DNA of 64,000 nucleotides from an uncultured Lactobacillales bacterium (GTDB lineage Bacteria; Pseudomonadota; Alphaproteobacteria; CAAHEQ01; UBA3637): NCBI GenBank assembly GCA_964643615.1, contig CAZXTR010000001.1, positions 1,923 to 65,922 of the forward strand, read 5' to 3'. Shown piece by piece: positions 53,720 to 64,000 of this stretch (position 1 is its first letter; each line of letters starts with the position of its first letter). The notes under the pieces were generated by a model. It saw only the letters and a program-made list of their open reading frames with translations, ran no database searches and was not told where the DNA came from. The position numbers and the translations under genes were made by a program.

Positions 53720-55867
53720 TTAAGCTTGCGTCATTTCTGGATTTTCTTTAGAAACTTTTTCCAAATCTTCTCCCGTTTCTTGGTTAACGCGTTTCATAGA
53801 AAGTTTAACTTTGCCACGATTGTCGATGCCTAAACATTTAACTTTGACTATATCACCTTCCTTAACAACATCCGTCACTTTTTCTATGCGCTTTGATGCC
53901 ATTTCGGATATATGAACTAATCCATCTCGTGTGCCCATGAAATTAACAAAAGAACCAAAGTCCATAATTTTAACAACTTTACCTGTATAAATCATGCCGA
54001 TTTCGGGTTCGCTAACGATGCCTTTAATCCAATTCAACGCTGCTTCGCCGGCTGTTGCGTCTACCGCAGCAATACTTACGATTCCCTCTTCATCAATATC
54101 AACTTTCGCGCCTGTTTTTTCAACAATTTCACGAATGACTTTCCCTCCTGTTCCTATTACTTCACGAATTTTATCTTTGTCAATTTTGATTGTTGTAATA
54201 CGAGGTGCATTTTCAGAAATTGTATCCCGTGGGGCTGTTAAAGCTTCAGCCATTTTACCTAAAATATGAAGACGCCCTTCATGTGCTTGCGCCAATGCAA
54301 TGTGCATGATTTCCTTTGTGATAGATGTAATCTTAATGTCCATTTGTAAAGCAGTTACACCATCTTTTGTACCAGCAACTTTAAAATCCATGTCCCCTAA
54401 ATGATCTTCATCTCCCATAATATCAGTTAAAACTGTAAAGTCTTGACCTTCTTTAATCAAGCCCATTGCAATTCCGGCAACAGGCTTTTTCATAGGAACT
54501 CCTGCGTCCATCAAAGCAAGACATGAACCGCAAACTGTTGCCATAGAAGACGAACCATTCGATTCCATAATTTCAGATACAACACGCAACGTATAAGGGA
54601 ATTCGTCATGTGTTGGTAACATAGGATGAATCGCCCGCCATGCCAACTTGCCGTGTCCAATTTCACGCCGACCAGGAGATCCTACTCGACCAACTTCGCC
54701 TACAGAAAATGGAGGAAAATTATAATGCAACATAAACGTTTGTTTCCATTCTCCCATTAAATCATCAATTATTTGCTCATCTTCGCCCGTACCTAAAGTC
54801 GCGACTACTAACGCTTGGGTTTCTCCACGTGTAAACAAAGCAGAACCATGTACCTTAGGCAAAATTTGAACCTGCGCTTCAATTGGACGGACAGTTTTTG
54901 TATCACGGCCGTCAATTCGAATGCCTGTCTTTAAAACTTCTTGACGCACAATTTGTGATTCCAGTTCGTGAAAAATCGGTTCAACTAAAGGCACTAATTC
55001 AGCATTTTCCGAAAATAAAGTCTTCGCATTTTCTTTCGCTGCCTTAACCGCATTTTGACGCTCTAACTTTTCGTGAATTTTATAAGCTTGCAATAACTGT
55101 GTACTGATTTTATTTTGTAATGTCGTCAAAACCGTTTTATAGATATCTGGAATTGAAGGTATTTCCCATGCATCTTTCGCACATTCTTCTGCCAAAGCAA
55201 TAATCGTTTGAATTATAGGTTGAAATTCTTTGTACCCAAATTCAACGGCACCTAACATAATGTCTTCTGGCAACTCTTTAGCTTCAGATTCGACCATTAA
55301 AACTCCTTCGGCCGTCCCTGCCACTACTAAATCCAAAGCAGATTCTTTAAGCTCTGCAAATGTAGGGTTCAATACGTATTCACCATTAATATAACCAACC
55401 CTAGCTCCTGCGATTGGGCCTAAAAAAGGAAGCCCCGATATGGTTAACGCAACCGATGCTGCAATTAATGCGACAATATCTGGATTGTTTTGCAAATCAT
55501 GGCTCAGCAATGTACAAGTCACTTGCGTTTCATTATGAAAACCTTTAACAAATAATGGACGAATAGGACGATCAATTAATCGAGAAATCAACACTTCACT
55601 TTCCGATGGTTTTCCTTCGCGTTTAAAAAAACCGCCTGGGATTTTCCCTGCCGCATACGCTTTTTCAATATAATTCACCGTTAAGGGAATGAAATCTTCA
55701 TACGTTGTCGGAGCTTCATGTGAGGCACAAACAGCAGCGTGTACTATTGTTTGACCGTAAGTAACGATGGCGGAACCATCCGCTTGTCTTCCAATTTTTC
55801 CGGTTTCAATGATAAGCTTTTTCCCCGCCCATATTAATTCTTTTTTAAATTCTTTAAACATAGACAT
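53720..55867 (-). CDS. pnp: Polyribonucleotide nucleotidyltransferase (PNPase)
   Basis: Two RNase PH domains plus KH and S1 domains, with N-terminal [18 protein letters not shown]. Start chosen at an internal Met (MSMFKEF...) by comparison with typical PNPase N-termini. The ORF-track start is at 55924. Confidence 0.9.
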   Translation of the reverse strand: MSMFKEFKKELIWAGKKLIIETGKIGRQADGSAIVTYGQTIVHAAVCASHEAPTTYEDFIPLTVNYIEKAYAAGKIPGGFFKREGKPSESEVLISRLIDRPIRPLFVKGFHNETQVTCTLLSHDLQNNPDIVALIAASVALTISGLPFLGPIAGARVGYINGEYVLNPTFAELKESALDLVVAGTAEGVLMVESEAKELPEDIMLGAVEFGYKEFQPIIQTIIALAEECAKDAWEIPSIPDIYKTVLTTLQNKISTQLLQAYKIHEKLERQNAVKAAKENAKTLFSENAELVPLVEPIFHELESQIVRQEVLKTGIRIDGRDTKTVRPIEAQVQILPKVHGSALFTRGETQALVVATLGTGEDEQIIDDLMGEWKQTFMLHYNFPPFSVGEVGRVGSPGRREIGHGKLAWRAIHPMLPTHDEFPYTLRVVSEIMESNGSSSMATVCGSCLALMDAGVPMKKPVAGIAMGLIKEGQDFTVLTDIMGDEDHLGDMDFKVAGTKDGVTALQMDIKITSITKEIMHIALAQAHEGRLHILGKMAEALTAPRDTISENAPRITTIKIDKDKIREVIGTGGKVIREIVEKTGAKVDIDEEGIVSIAAVDATAGEAALNWIKGIVSEPEIGMIYTGKVVKIMDFGSFVNFMGTRDGLVHISEMASKRIEKVTDVVKEGDIVKVKCLGIDNRGKVKLSMKRVNQETGEDLEKVSKENPEMTQA

Positions 55868-55927
55868 TTTTATTTTTACCTTTCTATCTACAACATACTT
55901 TCGCACTTTTTTATTCGGTGACAAGAA

Positions 55928-55950
55928 AGGGGCATGACCTCCACGCCCCT
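55928..55950 (-). promoter_or_regulatory. Stem-loop in the rpsO-pnp intergenic leader
   Basis: AGGGGC-N11-GCCCCT hairpin about 15 nt after the rpsO stop, with no U-run. In enterobacteria this spacer carries the rpsO terminator and RNase III processing hairpins for pnp autoregulation (established knowledge). Equivalence here is inferred. Confidence 0.35.
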
Positions 55951-55964
55951 CACTTTATTTAAAA

Positions 55965-56234
55965 CTATTTACGTAACCCTAATTTTTTAATAAGATCCGC
56001 ATAATGTTTTTCACTTTTAGACTTTACATAATCTAATAAACGCCGTCTTTGGCCTACCATCAATAACAATCCGCGTTTAGAAATAAAATCTTTGGCATGC
56101 GTTTTCATGTGCTCTGTCAAATTTTTAATGCGTTCACTTAACACAGCAATTTGAACATCAGAAGAACCTGTATCTCTTTCATTAATTGCAAATTGTTTAA
56201 CTAATTCTTGTTTTTTTTCTTTTTTAATCGACAT
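55965..56234 (-). CDS. rpsO: 30S ribosomal protein S15
   Basis: 89 aa with a typical S15 sequence ([22 protein letters not shown]). Confidence 0.95.
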   Translation of the reverse strand: MSIKKEKKQELVKQFAINERDTGSSDVQIAVLSERIKNLTEHMKTHAKDFISKRGLLLMVGQRRRLLDYVKSKSEKHYADLIKKLGLRK

Positions 56235-57147
56235 CGTTTTCTCCTTTTATCTTTTTAAACACTTTTATGGGACGAACTATTCCGTCTTTTACCTTCACAA
56301 AAGCTACAAGCTTGCCTTTTTCCGTCGCTTTCATCAAGCGAATATCTGCAAGATCGCGCCTTGCCAAAAAACGCCCGTAGCTTAAATCCAAAGCTTCCCT
56401 TTTCGTTAATGCCAGTTCCAAGATGTCGGTCAGGACGGTTTCAACGGGGATAAATTCCATTTTGGACGGATTATTGTATACAAATTTTTCCAACTTGTCT
56501 AGTGTTATTGATTCTTTTATCGTAAAAACACCGCATGCGATGCGACGCAAAAATGTAATGTGCCCACATGCCCCCAATTTTTCGGCAATATCACGTCCTA
56601 AAGAACGCACGTATGTCCCCTTACCACAAACAACTTGAAATAAAAATTCATCCACGTCGGTTTGTTCTGTTAATTGTAAATCTTTGATAAAAACAGGGCG
56701 AGGGGCGAGCGTCACATTTTCACCCCTTCGTGCCAAAATATATGCCCTTTGTCCTCCTACTTTCAAAGCGCTAAAAATTGGAGGCGTTTGCAAAATATTT
56801 CCAGTTAGTTGTGGCAAAATACGCACTATGTCTTGCGCCTTAGGAATAAGCGTAGATTGTTGAGTAATTTCCCCCTGGACATCATCTGTTGACGTTGATA
56901 TCCCAAACTTGATTTTAAAAGAATATATTTTTAACCCATCCATAACAAAAGGGACTGTTCGAGTCGCTTCCCCAAAAGCTATGGGCAAAACTCCCGTCGC
57001 CAAAGGATCAAGTGTCCCTCCGTGCCCTATTTTCATGGGGTGGAACAAATGTTTTAATTTTCCAACGACTTGTGTTGAACCTATATCATAGGACTTATCG
57101 ATAACTAACCATCCATTAATATTTTGTTTGACTGGTTTTTGTTGCAT
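56224..57147 (-). CDS. truB: tRNA pseudouridine-55 synthase TruB
   Basis: [23 protein letters not shown] catalytic motif and a PUA-like C-terminus. Confidence 0.9.
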   Translation of the reverse strand: MQQKPVKQNINGWLVIDKSYDIGSTQVVGKLKHLFHPMKIGHGGTLDPLATGVLPIAFGEATRTVPFVMDGLKIYSFKIKFGISTSTDDVQGEITQQSTLIPKAQDIVRILPQLTGNILQTPPIFSALKVGGQRAYILARRGENVTLAPRPVFIKDLQLTEQTDVDEFLFQVVCGKGTYVRSLGRDIAEKLGACGHITFLRRIACGVFTIKESITLDKLEKFVYNNPSKMEFIPVETVLTDILELALTKREALDLSYGRFLARRDLADIRLMKATEKGKLVAFVKVKDGIVRPIKVFKKIKGENDVD

Positions 57148-57407
57148 TTAAAAATCTTCCATCAATTTTTCAGGTGTTACTCCTTTGTCATAAAGTCTAA
57201 CGTCATTTTACAACTTTTAGGAAGTTTATTTTTCAAACATTTGTCCACAACAGTTTCTATCTTTTCGAATTTTCTTTATTAATAATCGCATTCAACATGC
57301 GCCTTGATTTTTGGATAAAATCTGAAAATTCTTATCTGATTTTTAACTCAAAAATATTTTCTATTTGAAAGAAATTCCATCCCTTTTTAATGTAATTGCA
57401 TACATTT

Positions 57408-57827
57408 TTAATGTACCAATGTGTATATTTGTCTTTGTGGCTTGATATCATCGTTGTGCCCAGTAATGCTTCTTCTTTTAGCCTGTACTTGGCATCCTCG
57501 ATTCAAAAGCCAAACCGCAGAAGATGTAAAATCTTTCCCATGAACGCTATCGTTTTTAAATAAAGCATCCAACGCACTTTGAAGCGATCGGCGTTGACGA
57601 ATTAAATCCAACAAACCTCCTATGCTTTTGGGCGATTTTTCGGACCAAATAAACCCTTCGGACTGTTTCGATAAAAAGCAACCAGGATTTTGTGCATCCT
57701 GCAATAAATCATATTGTCCCTTGTAACTTTTGAAAATTGGAGAAAATACAAGATCCTTATTCGCCTCGATTAAAACACATATTGCTAATATATTCGCGAC
57801 GTCCTTCTCTGTTAGTTTTTCTATCAT
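57408..57827 (-). CDS. Hypothetical protein with a C-terminal Rx4H (HEPN-like) motif; candidate toxin
   Basis: 139 aa with no TM. RRSITGHND lies near the C-terminus and fits HEPN Rx4-6H. Its start ATGA overlaps the stop of the upstream ORF. Confidence 0.4.
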   Translation of the reverse strand: MIEKLTEKDVANILAICVLIEANKDLVFSPIFKSYKGQYDLLQDAQNPGCFLSKQSEGFIWSEKSPKSIGGLLDLIRQRRSLQSALDALFKNDSVHGKDFTSSAVWLLNRGCQVQAKRRSITGHNDDIKPQRQIYTLVH

Positions 57828-58282
57828 TTTTCTTTTCTTTTATTCAAGAATTTTTTTAAAAAAACACGTTGCTGATATTCAGAAACCCCTTTGTTAATCA
57901 ACGATGGCAAAGCAAAAAATGAACTATAATAAAACTGTTCCAATGTATGACTTAATAATTTTTCTTTTAACACAAAATCGAAAATTATCCTTTCAAATTC
58001 AAAAAGCATTACACGCTTGTCCATAAGCGAACGACGCTTGCTATCAACTAAATAATCCAAACTTTCTTTATTTAAATGAATGTCTGCTGTCCCAAAACAT
58101 TTATCTTCGTCTTTTTGAGACCCCATCTTTTTCACCCACTTTATGAGGTACAGGTTTTTTTCAATACAAGCGCAAATATTCTTAATTCTGTTTTTTTCCT
58201 CTTCGCCTAATTGCCATTTTTGTTTATTATCCATAGACATTGGACTACATCTCCTATGTATTATTGTTAGATTTTTATTCAT
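57824..58282 (-). CDS. Hypothetical protein with a minimal-nucleotidyltransferase-like G-S-x11-D-h-x-h segment; candidate antitoxin
   Basis: 152 aa. MGSQKDEDKCFGTADIHL resembles hG[GS]x9-13Dh[DE]h with His in place of the second acidic residue. Its start is 4 nt after the rbfA stop. Confidence 0.4.
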   Translation of the reverse strand: MNKNLTIIHRRCSPMSMDNKQKWQLGEEEKNRIKNICACIEKNLYLIKWVKKMGSQKDEDKCFGTADIHLNKESLDYLVDSKRRSLMDKRVMLFEFERIIFDFVLKEKLLSHTLEQFYYSSFFALPSLINKGVSEYQQRVFLKKFLNKRKEK

Positions 58283-58285
58283 TTG

Positions 58286-58672
58286 TTATTTATTTAAATC
58301 GGCCTTAACTTTTGGATCATTCAACAATGCTTTAATTTTTGCCGATTGTTCAAAACTTTCGTCTTTAAAAAAACGGATATCTGGTGTTATGCGTAGCCGC
58401 AATTGAGCCCCCAATTTTTTACGAAAAAATCCTTTGTGCTCATTCAACAAATCGACCGCCTTGTTCACGTCTTCAATTCCCAATGTTTGAATAAAAACCG
58501 TTGCCAAAGAAAAGTCATTATTGATTTGAACTTCAGTTACCATCACATAAGCTATTTTTAATCTAGTGTCTAAAAATTCTTCTCGCAAGAGTGTTTGAGC
58601 GATAATATGCTTAATTTCTTCACCGACACGCAATTGACGTTGAGAAACGACCTTCGTTATTTTTTTACGCAT
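58286..58672 (-). CDS. rbfA: Ribosome-binding factor A
   Basis: 128 aa with a KH-like RbfA pattern (RVGEEIKHIIAQTLLRE...), immediately downstream of infB. Confidence 0.85.
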   Translation of the reverse strand: MRKKITKVVSQRQLRVGEEIKHIIAQTLLREEFLDTRLKIAYVMVTEVQINNDFSLATVFIQTLGIEDVNKAVDLLNEHKGFFRKKLGAQLRLRITPDIRFFKDESFEQSAKIKALLNDPKVKADLNK

Positions 58673-58676
58673 GCTT

Positions 58677-61097
58677 TTACGCCTTTATGTCCAAAGTTGA
58701 TGCGATTTGTTCAATTTCAAAGCATTCTATTTGGTCGCCTTCTTTTAAATCATCATAGTTTGCAAAGCTCATTCCACATTCAAATCCCGACTTAACTTCT
58801 TTGGCGTTGTCTTTGAAGCGTTTTAATTGTGATAAATCGCCTTCATGAATCACAACATGATCCCTTAACAAACGTACTTTTGCCGCCCGTTTAACAATCC
58901 CTTCTGTCACCATACAACCCGCAATTTTGCCAATCTTTGAAATACTAAAGACTTGACGGATTTCTGCATATCCCAATATTTTTTCTTTCGTTTCAGGAGA
59001 AAGCAATCCTTCTACAGCCTTTTTCATGTCGTCTGCAACATCATAAATAATTGAATAATAACGGATATCAACTCCATCTCGTTTTGCAATTTCACGCGCT
59101 TGTACATTAGCACGCACGTTGAACCCTAAAATCGTTGCTCGGGAAGCGTTTGCTAACGCAACGTCCGTTTCGTTAACACTGCCAACGCCAGAATGTAATA
59201 CTTTTATACAGACTTCTTCGTTAGCTATTTTAGATAAAGTTCCCTGCAATGCTTCAATAGAGCCTTGCATATCCCCTTTGATAATAACGGGAAATTCTTT
59301 TGTTTCGCCGGCTTTAATTTTCGCGAACATTTGTTCCATTGATGAGCCCAATTTATGTTTTACAGACAAAGCTTCACGTGCTTTGCGAGTACGATAAGTG
59401 GAAATTTCTCTAGCTTTTGATTCACTTTCCACAACGATAAATTCATCCCCCGCCGAAGGAACGCCTTGTAACCCTATTACTTCCACAGGATCAGCCGGTT
59501 TTGCAAATTGAACTTTTTTTCCTTGATCATTTTGCAACATGCGAACACGTCCCCATTGTTGACCGACCACAAAGATATCTCCGACTTTTAATGTTCCACG
59601 AGAAATTAGAATCGTTGCCACAGCGCCTCGACCTTTTTCCATTTTTGCTTCAATTACTACACCTTCTGCTATACGGTTAGTATTTGCTTTTAAATCTAAA
59701 ACTTCGGCTTGTAATAAAACTGCCTCAATTAATTTATCCAAATTGATTTTCTTTTTTGCAGAAACTTCAATTGCTAATACGTCACCACCCAAGAGCTCCA
59801 CCACAACTCCGTGACTTAATAAAGCCGTTTTGATTTTTTCAGGGTTTGCTCCCGCCACATCAATTTTATTAATCGCAACAACAATGGGGACTCCTGCCTC
59901 TTTCGCATGATGAATAGCTTCCACCGTTTGAGGCATCACACCGTCATCAGCAGCCACAACCAAAATAACAATATCCGTAATTTTTGCGCCTCTTGCGCGC
60001 ATTGCCGTAAAAGCTTCATGTCCTGGAGTATCAATAAACGTAACTTTTTGCCCACTTTTCATTGTGACTTGATATGCCCCGATATGTTGCGTAATGCCAC
60101 CTGACTCACCGCTAGCAACATCCGTAGAACGTAAGGCGTCCAATAAAGAAGTCTTTCCATGATCTACGTGTCCCATCACTGTTACTACAGGAGGCCTAAA
60201 TGTTTTATCGGTTTCCGTGTCCGCATTAGACTTCAAAATATCTTCAATGTCAGATTCTGCAACACGAATGACTTTATGCCCTAATTCCTCCGCTACCAAC
60301 TGAGCCGTATCTGCATCAATCGTTTGTGTAATTGTGGCCATAACGCCCATATTCATTAACGTTTTAACAACAGAAGCCGCGCGTTCGGCCATGCGGTTTG
60401 CCAATTCTTGGACAGTGATTGTTTCTGGAATAGTAACGTCACGCATAATCTTTTCTGCCGTTTTCAAAGTTTCAATATGTTTTAAACGTTCTTTTTCACG
60501 CGCTCGTCGAATAGATGCTAAACTCCGGCTTCTTTTTTGCATAAAGTCATCTTCATCATCATCCATTCCCGAATAAATTGTCGAAATGTTGATTTTCCCT
60601 GTTTGACGACGTTCTTCTCCTTTGACTTTTTTAGGAAGTGTTTTTTCTTCCGAGATTTTTTTACGTGAATGGAAAATTTCATCATCATCTTTAATTTCGG
60701 ATAGTTTCTTTTTAGGCTCCTTAGCAAAAACAGCCTTTTCAGCAGGAGGCAGCTCTTCTTGCATTTCTTCTTTTACTTCTAGTTGTTTTTCAGATAATTC
60801 AGATTCGCTGACCAATTGTTCTTTTTGTTTTTGCGCTATTTCTTTTTGAAGCAAAACTTCTTGCTCCAAGCGTTGTTTTTCTTTTTGCTCTTCAATTTTT
60901 TTAGCGTCTTGTAATAATTTTAATTTGTGATTTTTTTCGACATCACTCTCCAAAGAAGAATTTGACAGCAAGGAATGAATAGCTCTTTTTTTACGAACTT
61001 CTACAACCAATCCAAGCCGCCCTTGCCCAAGCTGTGCTGAAGGTTTCAATTCCAACTTTCCTCGTGACAAAGTCAACGGTGATTTTGTTTCACTCAT
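58677..61097 (-). CDS. infB: Translation initiation factor IF-2
   Basis: GTPase G-domain ([24 protein letters not shown]) and conserved C-terminal domains. Confidence 0.95.
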   Translation of the reverse strand: MSETKSPLTLSRGKLELKPSAQLGQGRLGLVVEVRKKRAIHSLLSNSSLESDVEKNHKLKLLQDAKKIEEQKEKQRLEQEVLLQKEIAQKQKEQLVSESELSEKQLEVKEEMQEELPPAEKAVFAKEPKKKLSEIKDDDEIFHSRKKISEEKTLPKKVKGEERRQTGKINISTIYSGMDDDEDDFMQKRSRSLASIRRAREKERLKHIETLKTAEKIMRDVTIPETITVQELANRMAERAASVVKTLMNMGVMATITQTIDADTAQLVAEELGHKVIRVAESDIEDILKSNADTETDKTFRPPVVTVMGHVDHGKTSLLDALRSTDVASGESGGITQHIGAYQVTMKSGQKVTFIDTPGHEAFTAMRARGAKITDIVILVVAADDGVMPQTVEAIHHAKEAGVPIVVAINKIDVAGANPEKIKTALLSHGVVVELLGGDVLAIEVSAKKKINLDKLIEAVLLQAEVLDLKANTNRIAEGVVIEAKMEKGRGAVATILISRGTLKVGDIFVVGQQWGRVRMLQNDQGKKVQFAKPADPVEVIGLQGVPSAGDEFIVVESESKAREISTYRTRKAREALSVKHKLGSSMEQMFAKIKAGETKEFPVIIKGDMQGSIEALQGTLSKIANEEVCIKVLHSGVGSVNETDVALANASRATILGFNVRANVQAREIAKRDGVDIRYYSIIYDVADDMKKAVEGLLSPETKEKILGYAEIRQVFSISKIGKIAGCMVTEGIVKRAAKVRLLRDHVVIHEGDLSQLKRFKDNAKEVKSGFECGMSFANYDDLKEGDQIECFEIEQIASTLDIKA

Positions 61098-61714
61098 TTA
61101 CAACCTCCTTCTTTTTTGATAAAAGATTCATACCTTTTTATTTCACTCACCAAACGCAATGCCATTGCCCCAGATTGTACAGCAATATGCACACACAATT
61201 CTCGACCTAACGCTTCGCCTAATTCTTGTTGATTAAACAACGAACAAAAATATGATTTCTGGCATAATTTTTGCATCTTTTTACGCCCGTCAGATGTGCC
61301 ATCTGAGGCTTCCAATAAAACATCAAAAGAAAGCATGTGCGATTTATTTTTTATTTTTTCAAAGCCACAAAGAACAACGCCCGCTTTGTTCGCCAAACCC
61401 AATAAATTCAAACATTGATCGTGCAACATTTTTTCAACAAGTTCCACTAAATGCGGCACAGGAGCAACTTTGACACCAAAGGCTTTCGAAAACATTTTTT
61501 GATTGACCATTTGTTCAACGATATTCTTCGACGACAACAACCAAACACCTCGCCCGTCCATTTTTCCAAATGAATCTGGATAGACCAAACCGTCTGATCC
61601 GACAACAAAACGAATCAGCTCTTCTTTCGGATGAGGGATGCCCGTTAAAAAACAACTCCGTTGCCCCTTTTCCGCTTTGAAAAGTTTTTTTCTAGCTTTT
61701 CTTATCTTCCGCAA
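61094..61714 (-). CDS. ylxR: YlxR (DUF448) RNA-binding protein with L7Ae-like C-terminal region
   Basis: [20 protein letters not shown] motif of DUF448, located between nusA and infB. Confidence 0.75.
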   Translation of the reverse strand: MRKIRKARKKLFKAEKGQRSCFLTGIPHPKEELIRFVVGSDGLVYPDSFGKMDGRGVWLLSSKNIVEQMVNQKMFSKAFGVKVAPVPHLVELVEKMLHDQCLNLLGLANKAGVVLCGFEKIKNKSHMLSFDVLLEASDGTSDGRKKMQKLCQKSYFCSLFNQQELGEALGRELCVHIAVQSGAMALRLVSEIKRYESFIKKEGGCK

Positions 61715-63209
61715 ACCAATGCTCCCGCGCTTTCATAATAAGCGTATTTGCTGTTTCTTCCGTTAAAATGCACGACCCAACGATTTCAATCAATTCATCC
61801 GCAGCTAAATCCGCAAAATCATCCAAGGTTTTAATCCCTTTTTTCCCTAAATTAACTAACATTTCTAACGTTAATCCATCCAGCGTTTTTAATGTTTCTG
61901 TGATATCTAAATCCTGTACTTCCTTTTCCAAAGAAGTGTTTTTTTCTTCCAAATATGCCTTTGCCCGCGTTTGAAGCTCAACCGCTAAAGATTCGTCAAA
62001 CCCTTCAATCCCCGATAATTCACCCAATTCCACATAGGCAATTTCTTCGATTTTCGTAAAACCTTCTTGGATCAAGAGGTGGGCAATCATATCATCCACA
62101 TCCAAAGCCTTCGTAAATAATTCCAAACGATCTTTAGCTTCTTCTTGGCGATGTTCGGATTCTTGAGCTTTGGTCAAAACATCAATATGCCAACCCGTTA
62201 AAATGCTAGCCAAACGAACATTTTGGCCACGACGACCAATCGCTTGGGAAAGTTGGTCATCAGGAACAACAACTTCCGCATTTTTCAAATCTTCATCTAA
62301 TACAATTTTCAATATTTCACTAGGCGCCAAAGCGTTAACAATAAAAGTTGCAGGGTCAGATGACCAATGTACTACATCGATTTTTTCACCTTGAAGCTCG
62401 GTAACAATCGCTTGGACGCGAACACCACGCATTCCAATGCAAGCACCACGTGGATCAATCGAAGAATCTTTGGAATAAACCGCAACTTTTGCCCGAGAGC
62501 CTGGATCACGGGCCACTGATTTTATTTCAATCACATTATCATAAACCTCGGGCACCTCACTAGCAAATAATTTAGCCATAAAATTTGGATGCGAACGAGA
62601 TAAAAAGATTTGAGGGCCCCGCGTTTCTTGACGCACGTCCATCAAATAAGCGCGCACTCTATCTCCGGCACGAAAAACTTCACCGTGAATTAATTCATCA
62701 CGACGAAGTAACGCTTCAGCACGACTCAAGTCAACAATAACATTGCCCATTTCAATCCGTTTGACAGTACCATGGATAATTTCACCCACTTTATCTTTGA
62801 AATCATTATATTGACGCACACGTTCTGCATCCTTCACTTTTTGAACAATCACTTGCTTTGCAGTTTGCGCAGCAATGCGCCCAAAATCAATTGACGGCAA
62901 ATCATCAATAATTACATCTCCTATTTTTAAATTAGCATCTTTTTTTATCGCATCGGCCAAAGAAATTTGTGCGCTTTTTTCTTCTACCGTTTCAACAACT
63001 GTTGTATAACGCGCCAACTTAATTTCGCCTGTTTTTTTATCAATTTTTGCGCGCACATCATATTGAGGGCCATATTTAGACCGCCCCGCACGTGCAACCG
63101 CAAATTCCATTGCCTCTAGAACATCGTCTCTGTCAATGCCTTTTTCCCGCGCGACCATTTCCGCCATTTTTAATAATTCAGGACGTTCTGCAGATGTTGT
63201 GTTTTCCAT
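61692..63209 (-). CDS. nusA: Transcription termination/antitermination factor NusA
   Basis: N-terminal domain, S1, two KH domains and C-terminal acidic repeats; 505 aa. Confidence 0.95.
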   Translation of the reverse strand: MENTTSAERPELLKMAEMVAREKGIDRDDVLEAMEFAVARAGRSKYGPQYDVRAKIDKKTGEIKLARYTTVVETVEEKSAQISLADAIKKDANLKIGDVIIDDLPSIDFGRIAAQTAKQVIVQKVKDAERVRQYNDFKDKVGEIIHGTVKRIEMGNVIVDLSRAEALLRRDELIHGEVFRAGDRVRAYLMDVRQETRGPQIFLSRSHPNFMAKLFASEVPEVYDNVIEIKSVARDPGSRAKVAVYSKDSSIDPRGACIGMRGVRVQAIVTELQGEKIDVVHWSSDPATFIVNALAPSEILKIVLDEDLKNAEVVVPDDQLSQAIGRRGQNVRLASILTGWHIDVLTKAQESEHRQEEAKDRLELFTKALDVDDMIAHLLIQEGFTKIEEIAYVELGELSGIEGFDESLAVELQTRAKAYLEEKNTSLEKEVQDLDITETLKTLDGLTLEMLVNLGKKGIKTLDDFADLAADELIEIVGSCILTEETANTLIMKAREHWFAEDKKS

Positions 63210-63220
63210 TTTTCGTTTCC

Positions 63221-63715
63221 TTATGCTTTTTTTAAAAAAGAAGCGACCAACTCGTCCGTCAAAACAAGTTTCGCCTTACTCACCAAAGGGAGAGGAATTT
63301 GAATATCCCTGCCCTCAAAAATCATTTTTATATTTTCACTACTTTCATCCAACCCCAACAACTTACCTTTAAACCTTTTGCGTCCTTCAATTGCTGAGAT
63401 TGTTTCCAATTTAAATTCACGCCCCTTAAAGCGATTATAATCTTGCGCTTTTACTAGTGGGCGGTCAATACCTGGGGACGTTACTTCTAGCACATAACGC
63501 TCATCAATTAAATTTGCCACATCTATTTGCGCCGATATCGTTCGCGATAAAGTTTCACAATCATCAATTTTCATATCTTTGCCGTCTTGACGTTCCAACA
63601 TAATTTGAAGTGTTTTGTTGACGCTGTCACCTTGGAATAAAACACGGACAAGCGCGTAACCCTTATCTTCAATAACTGGCGTTATGATATTTGTAATTTT
63701 TGACAATACGTCCAT
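63221..63715 (-). CDS. rimP: Ribosome maturation factor RimP
   Basis: Conserved position upstream of nusA. Start set at the Met (MDVLSKITNI...) with RBS AAAGGAAAA. The ORF-track start is at 63754. Confidence 0.8.
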   Translation of the reverse strand: MDVLSKITNIITPVIEDKGYALVRVLFQGDSVNKTLQIMLERQDGKDMKIDDCETLSRTISAQIDVANLIDERYVLEVTSPGIDRPLVKAQDYNRFKGREFKLETISAIEGRKRFKGKLLGLDESSENIKMIFEGRDIQIPLPLVSKAKLVLTDELVASFLKKA

Positions 63716-63731
63716 ATGTTTTCCTTTCACC

Positions 63732-63768
63732 CTATCAAAAAAGGCGGGGTTCAAACCCCACCCCCTTT
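63732..63768 (-). terminator. Terminator-like hairpin immediately upstream of the rimP RBS (minus-strand sense)
   Basis: Minus strand reads GGGGTTTGAACCCC-GCC-TTTTTTGA: a 6-bp G/C stem followed by T6. It could terminate an upstream minus-strand gene outside the window or act as an attenuator of the rimP-nusA-infB operon. Confidence 0.45.
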
Positions 63769-64000
63769 AACAACAACGAGAATGTTATGTACACCTATAC
63801 ACTACAATCTTTTAAAACGCAAGCTTTTTTTAATTTTTTTGATATGAATGTAAAAGCGAGCCTAAAATTTTTATTTGCATTGAGACTAACGGTTGCTTTT
63901 TTTTATCTAATTGTCGTTTTTTATAGTAAGCCTCCATATAAAGCAACATTCCTATAACAGCTATTTTTTTCGACAAATCATCTTGTTTTTTCCGCATATA

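Noticed and set aside
53994-54269. 91-aa plus-strand ORF
   Set aside because: Antisense within pnp. Its composition is typical of the reverse frame of a conserved gene.

Overview
This 64 kb window is AT-rich and gene-dense, and its gene order looks alphaproteobacterial. It carries ruvA-ruvB-ybgC-tolQ-tolR-tolA-tolB on the minus strand, a CcrM-type adenine methyltransferase, and an hprK/EIIA-Man/NPr regulatory PTS triad with the short hprK typical of alphaproteobacteria. Two tRNA-Arg genes are present. Most genes are housekeeping: gap, secA, uvrA, rnhB, rluD, rlmE, rsmB-like, pgk, proS, ettA, dut, a second ABC-F gene, lgt, pgeF, gpsA, and the rimP-nusA-ylxR-infB-rbfA ... truB-rpsO-pnp operon. 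Five accessory features are interleaved with these. (1) A six-gene flagellar-type module sits between secA and rluD, reading on the minus strand: fliF-like (short), fliG, fliN, motA-like, flhF, flhG-like. Its FliF lacks the N-terminal half, and no fliM, export-gate, rod or hook genes appear anywhere in the window. (2) Two tandem paralogues following tRNA-Arg(CCT) look like degenerate GGDEF-EAL proteins. (3) Seven small ORFs with ankyrin-like motifs, clearly paralogous to one another, flank ccrM. (4) A Fic-fold protein with a non-canonical motif is wedged between dut and ettA. (5) A two-gene pair resembling a minimal-nucleotidyltransferase/HEPN toxin-antitoxin module is inserted between rbfA and truB. 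Also present are rubrerythrin, ampD/nagZ muropeptide-recycling genes, a FadL-family outer-membrane protein, and two secreted proteins with in-frame tandem repeats. I see no CRISPR array, transposase or integrase. All calls come from reading the supplied translations and sequence; no database search was run. The organism is probably a low-GC, host-associated alphaproteobacterium, but I do not assign a genus.
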